In this document: piece after piece, positions 62,726 through 64,000 of the stretch
How positions within the stretch are numbered: the first letter of the stretch is position 1
Layout of the letters: the number at the start of each line of letters is the position of its first letter
NCBI GenBank assembly: GCA_013239625.1
Contig: MU054212.1
Location: 7,941,412 to 8,005,411 of the forward strand
Reading direction: 5' to 3'
DNA length: 64,000 bases
Source of the DNA: Lama guanicoe
Taxonomy: Eukaryota
Program-made: the position numbers and the translations under genes
The notes under the pieces: generated by a model
The model's database searches: none
What the model saw: the letters and a program-made list of their open reading frames with translations, nothing else
What the model was told of the DNA's origin: nothing

Positions 62726-64000
62726 GTTAGTGCAGGTTTGGCTGCTTGACTGTCCTGAGAGAGGGGAACAGTGTGAGCTCTTGACAAGCAGTCTCAGCAA
62801 AGGGGCAAAGTCATTGGATGCCAGAGGTGCCACCAAGGCACTTTTTTTTTAACCAATTCCACTAAGATGTCTTTTGTGCTGTTAGTTTAGATGCTTCCCG
62901 TTAATGTATCATAGAATTCACATCCTTGTTTATATCTTAGCTAAAGAGACAACTGGTGTAAATGGGTGCCGCGCTAAGTGTTAGGATCTAGGTGGACGCA
63001 GGACTCTGGGTGCCACCGGTTGGTTCTGCCTTCCATGCGCCATGTCAAACTACCGCCCAGTGGTGGCGCAAGAGGGTGTCTTATTCCAAGGACTGGTGTG
63101 TTTCCACTGATTTGGGAAACTGCTACATTCCCTTAAGATAGAAGTGGAAAAGAGGAAAAGTGATTGGATGGGCTCATACCTTGGAAATCTTTTCCCCAAC
63201 AATGATAACTGGGAGAAACTGTCTTTCAGCTCTTCTCTTACGAATGTTTCTGGGTAGCCATCCTGATAAAGCCTGCTTCCAAATCCCACAATAGGGCAAA
63301 CCATACTTTCAGATGTGTTAAATATGTGAATTCAGATAACCCTATGTATTAGGATAAAGGCATTCATGAAGTTTTTCCCTTTCTATTTTAATTGTGACAT
63401 AGGCAATTCCTCCCATTGGTTAAAGTTACTTAGTTTGATAATAAGTGTACATTTTCAATCTAAATGAAAATAAGTGGACAGACTGTATCATCATCCTGTG
63501 TTTTTAACCCTAGTTTAGGAAACTGTTTTATAAACATGTTTAGCAAACCAGTTCCTTAGAAATGTTCGCTTTTGCTTAACAACCCTAATCTTCTCTGAAC
63601 TAAGAGCCTATGGATTTTTTTGCAGTTTTAACTATTAAATGATCCAGTGGGTAAAACTGCCTTTAAAATTGGTCCCCTTTCCTCTCCTATATCACAGAAA
63701 GCATCTTTCAAATGTTCATTGCTGATTGCCCTCGCCACTGATCTTGTGACCCACTTCTTTGTTTCTAGAACTTTCTCCCCTTGACTGTTTCCAAACTTCC
63801 TTCCTATTCCTGCTTCTGATACCTTAGAACGATTTTTTGCAAGATTAGTACATGAGATGATTTTAGATGATAACATTGATGAACATCTATTTGTTTTACT
63901 AGTTACATGTTTATCTTCATTTGTATCTTTTAAATACAGATGACAAGGATATTGGCTTAATTTTATACTATAGCCTTCCCTTTCAGAAGATACAAATGCA

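Noticed and set aside
1..64000. CRISPR array, operon or other prokaryotic/viral system
   Set aside because: No regularly spaced repeat-spacer array or dense ORF organisation; the sequence is explained as a mammalian intron-exon locus

Overview
Mammalian genomic DNA, most likely camelid, judged from the tRNA-Ala-derived Vic-1-type SINEs and the L1 3' ends. The whole window lies inside one + strand gene, alpha-dystrobrevin (DTNA). The first coding exon lies upstream of the window and the coiled-coil exons lie downstream. Thirteen exons can be read from GT-AG boundaries and peptide identity. Seven are core exons encoding the EF-hand region, the ZZ zinc finger and the following linker (5589-47814). 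These are followed by the 9-nt DTW microexon, an 84-nt exon, the alpha-dystrobrevin-3-type terminal exon with its AATAAA, and 90-, 78- and 93-nt cassettes, two of which encode paralogous syntrophin-binding-type motifs. Introns hold SINEs, L1 3' fragments, solo LTRs, MaLR, MER5/MER2 MITEs and MIR/L2/CR1 relics. I found no prokaryotic-type system. The points most worth following up are: a candidate internal promoter and alternative donor around the ZZ exon; strong cryptic donors inside the 90-nt exon; an 87-bp duplication around a near-pure AT filler; and a composite L1/SINE-tail retroelement within one target-site duplication. Repeat family names were assigned by eye, not by database search.
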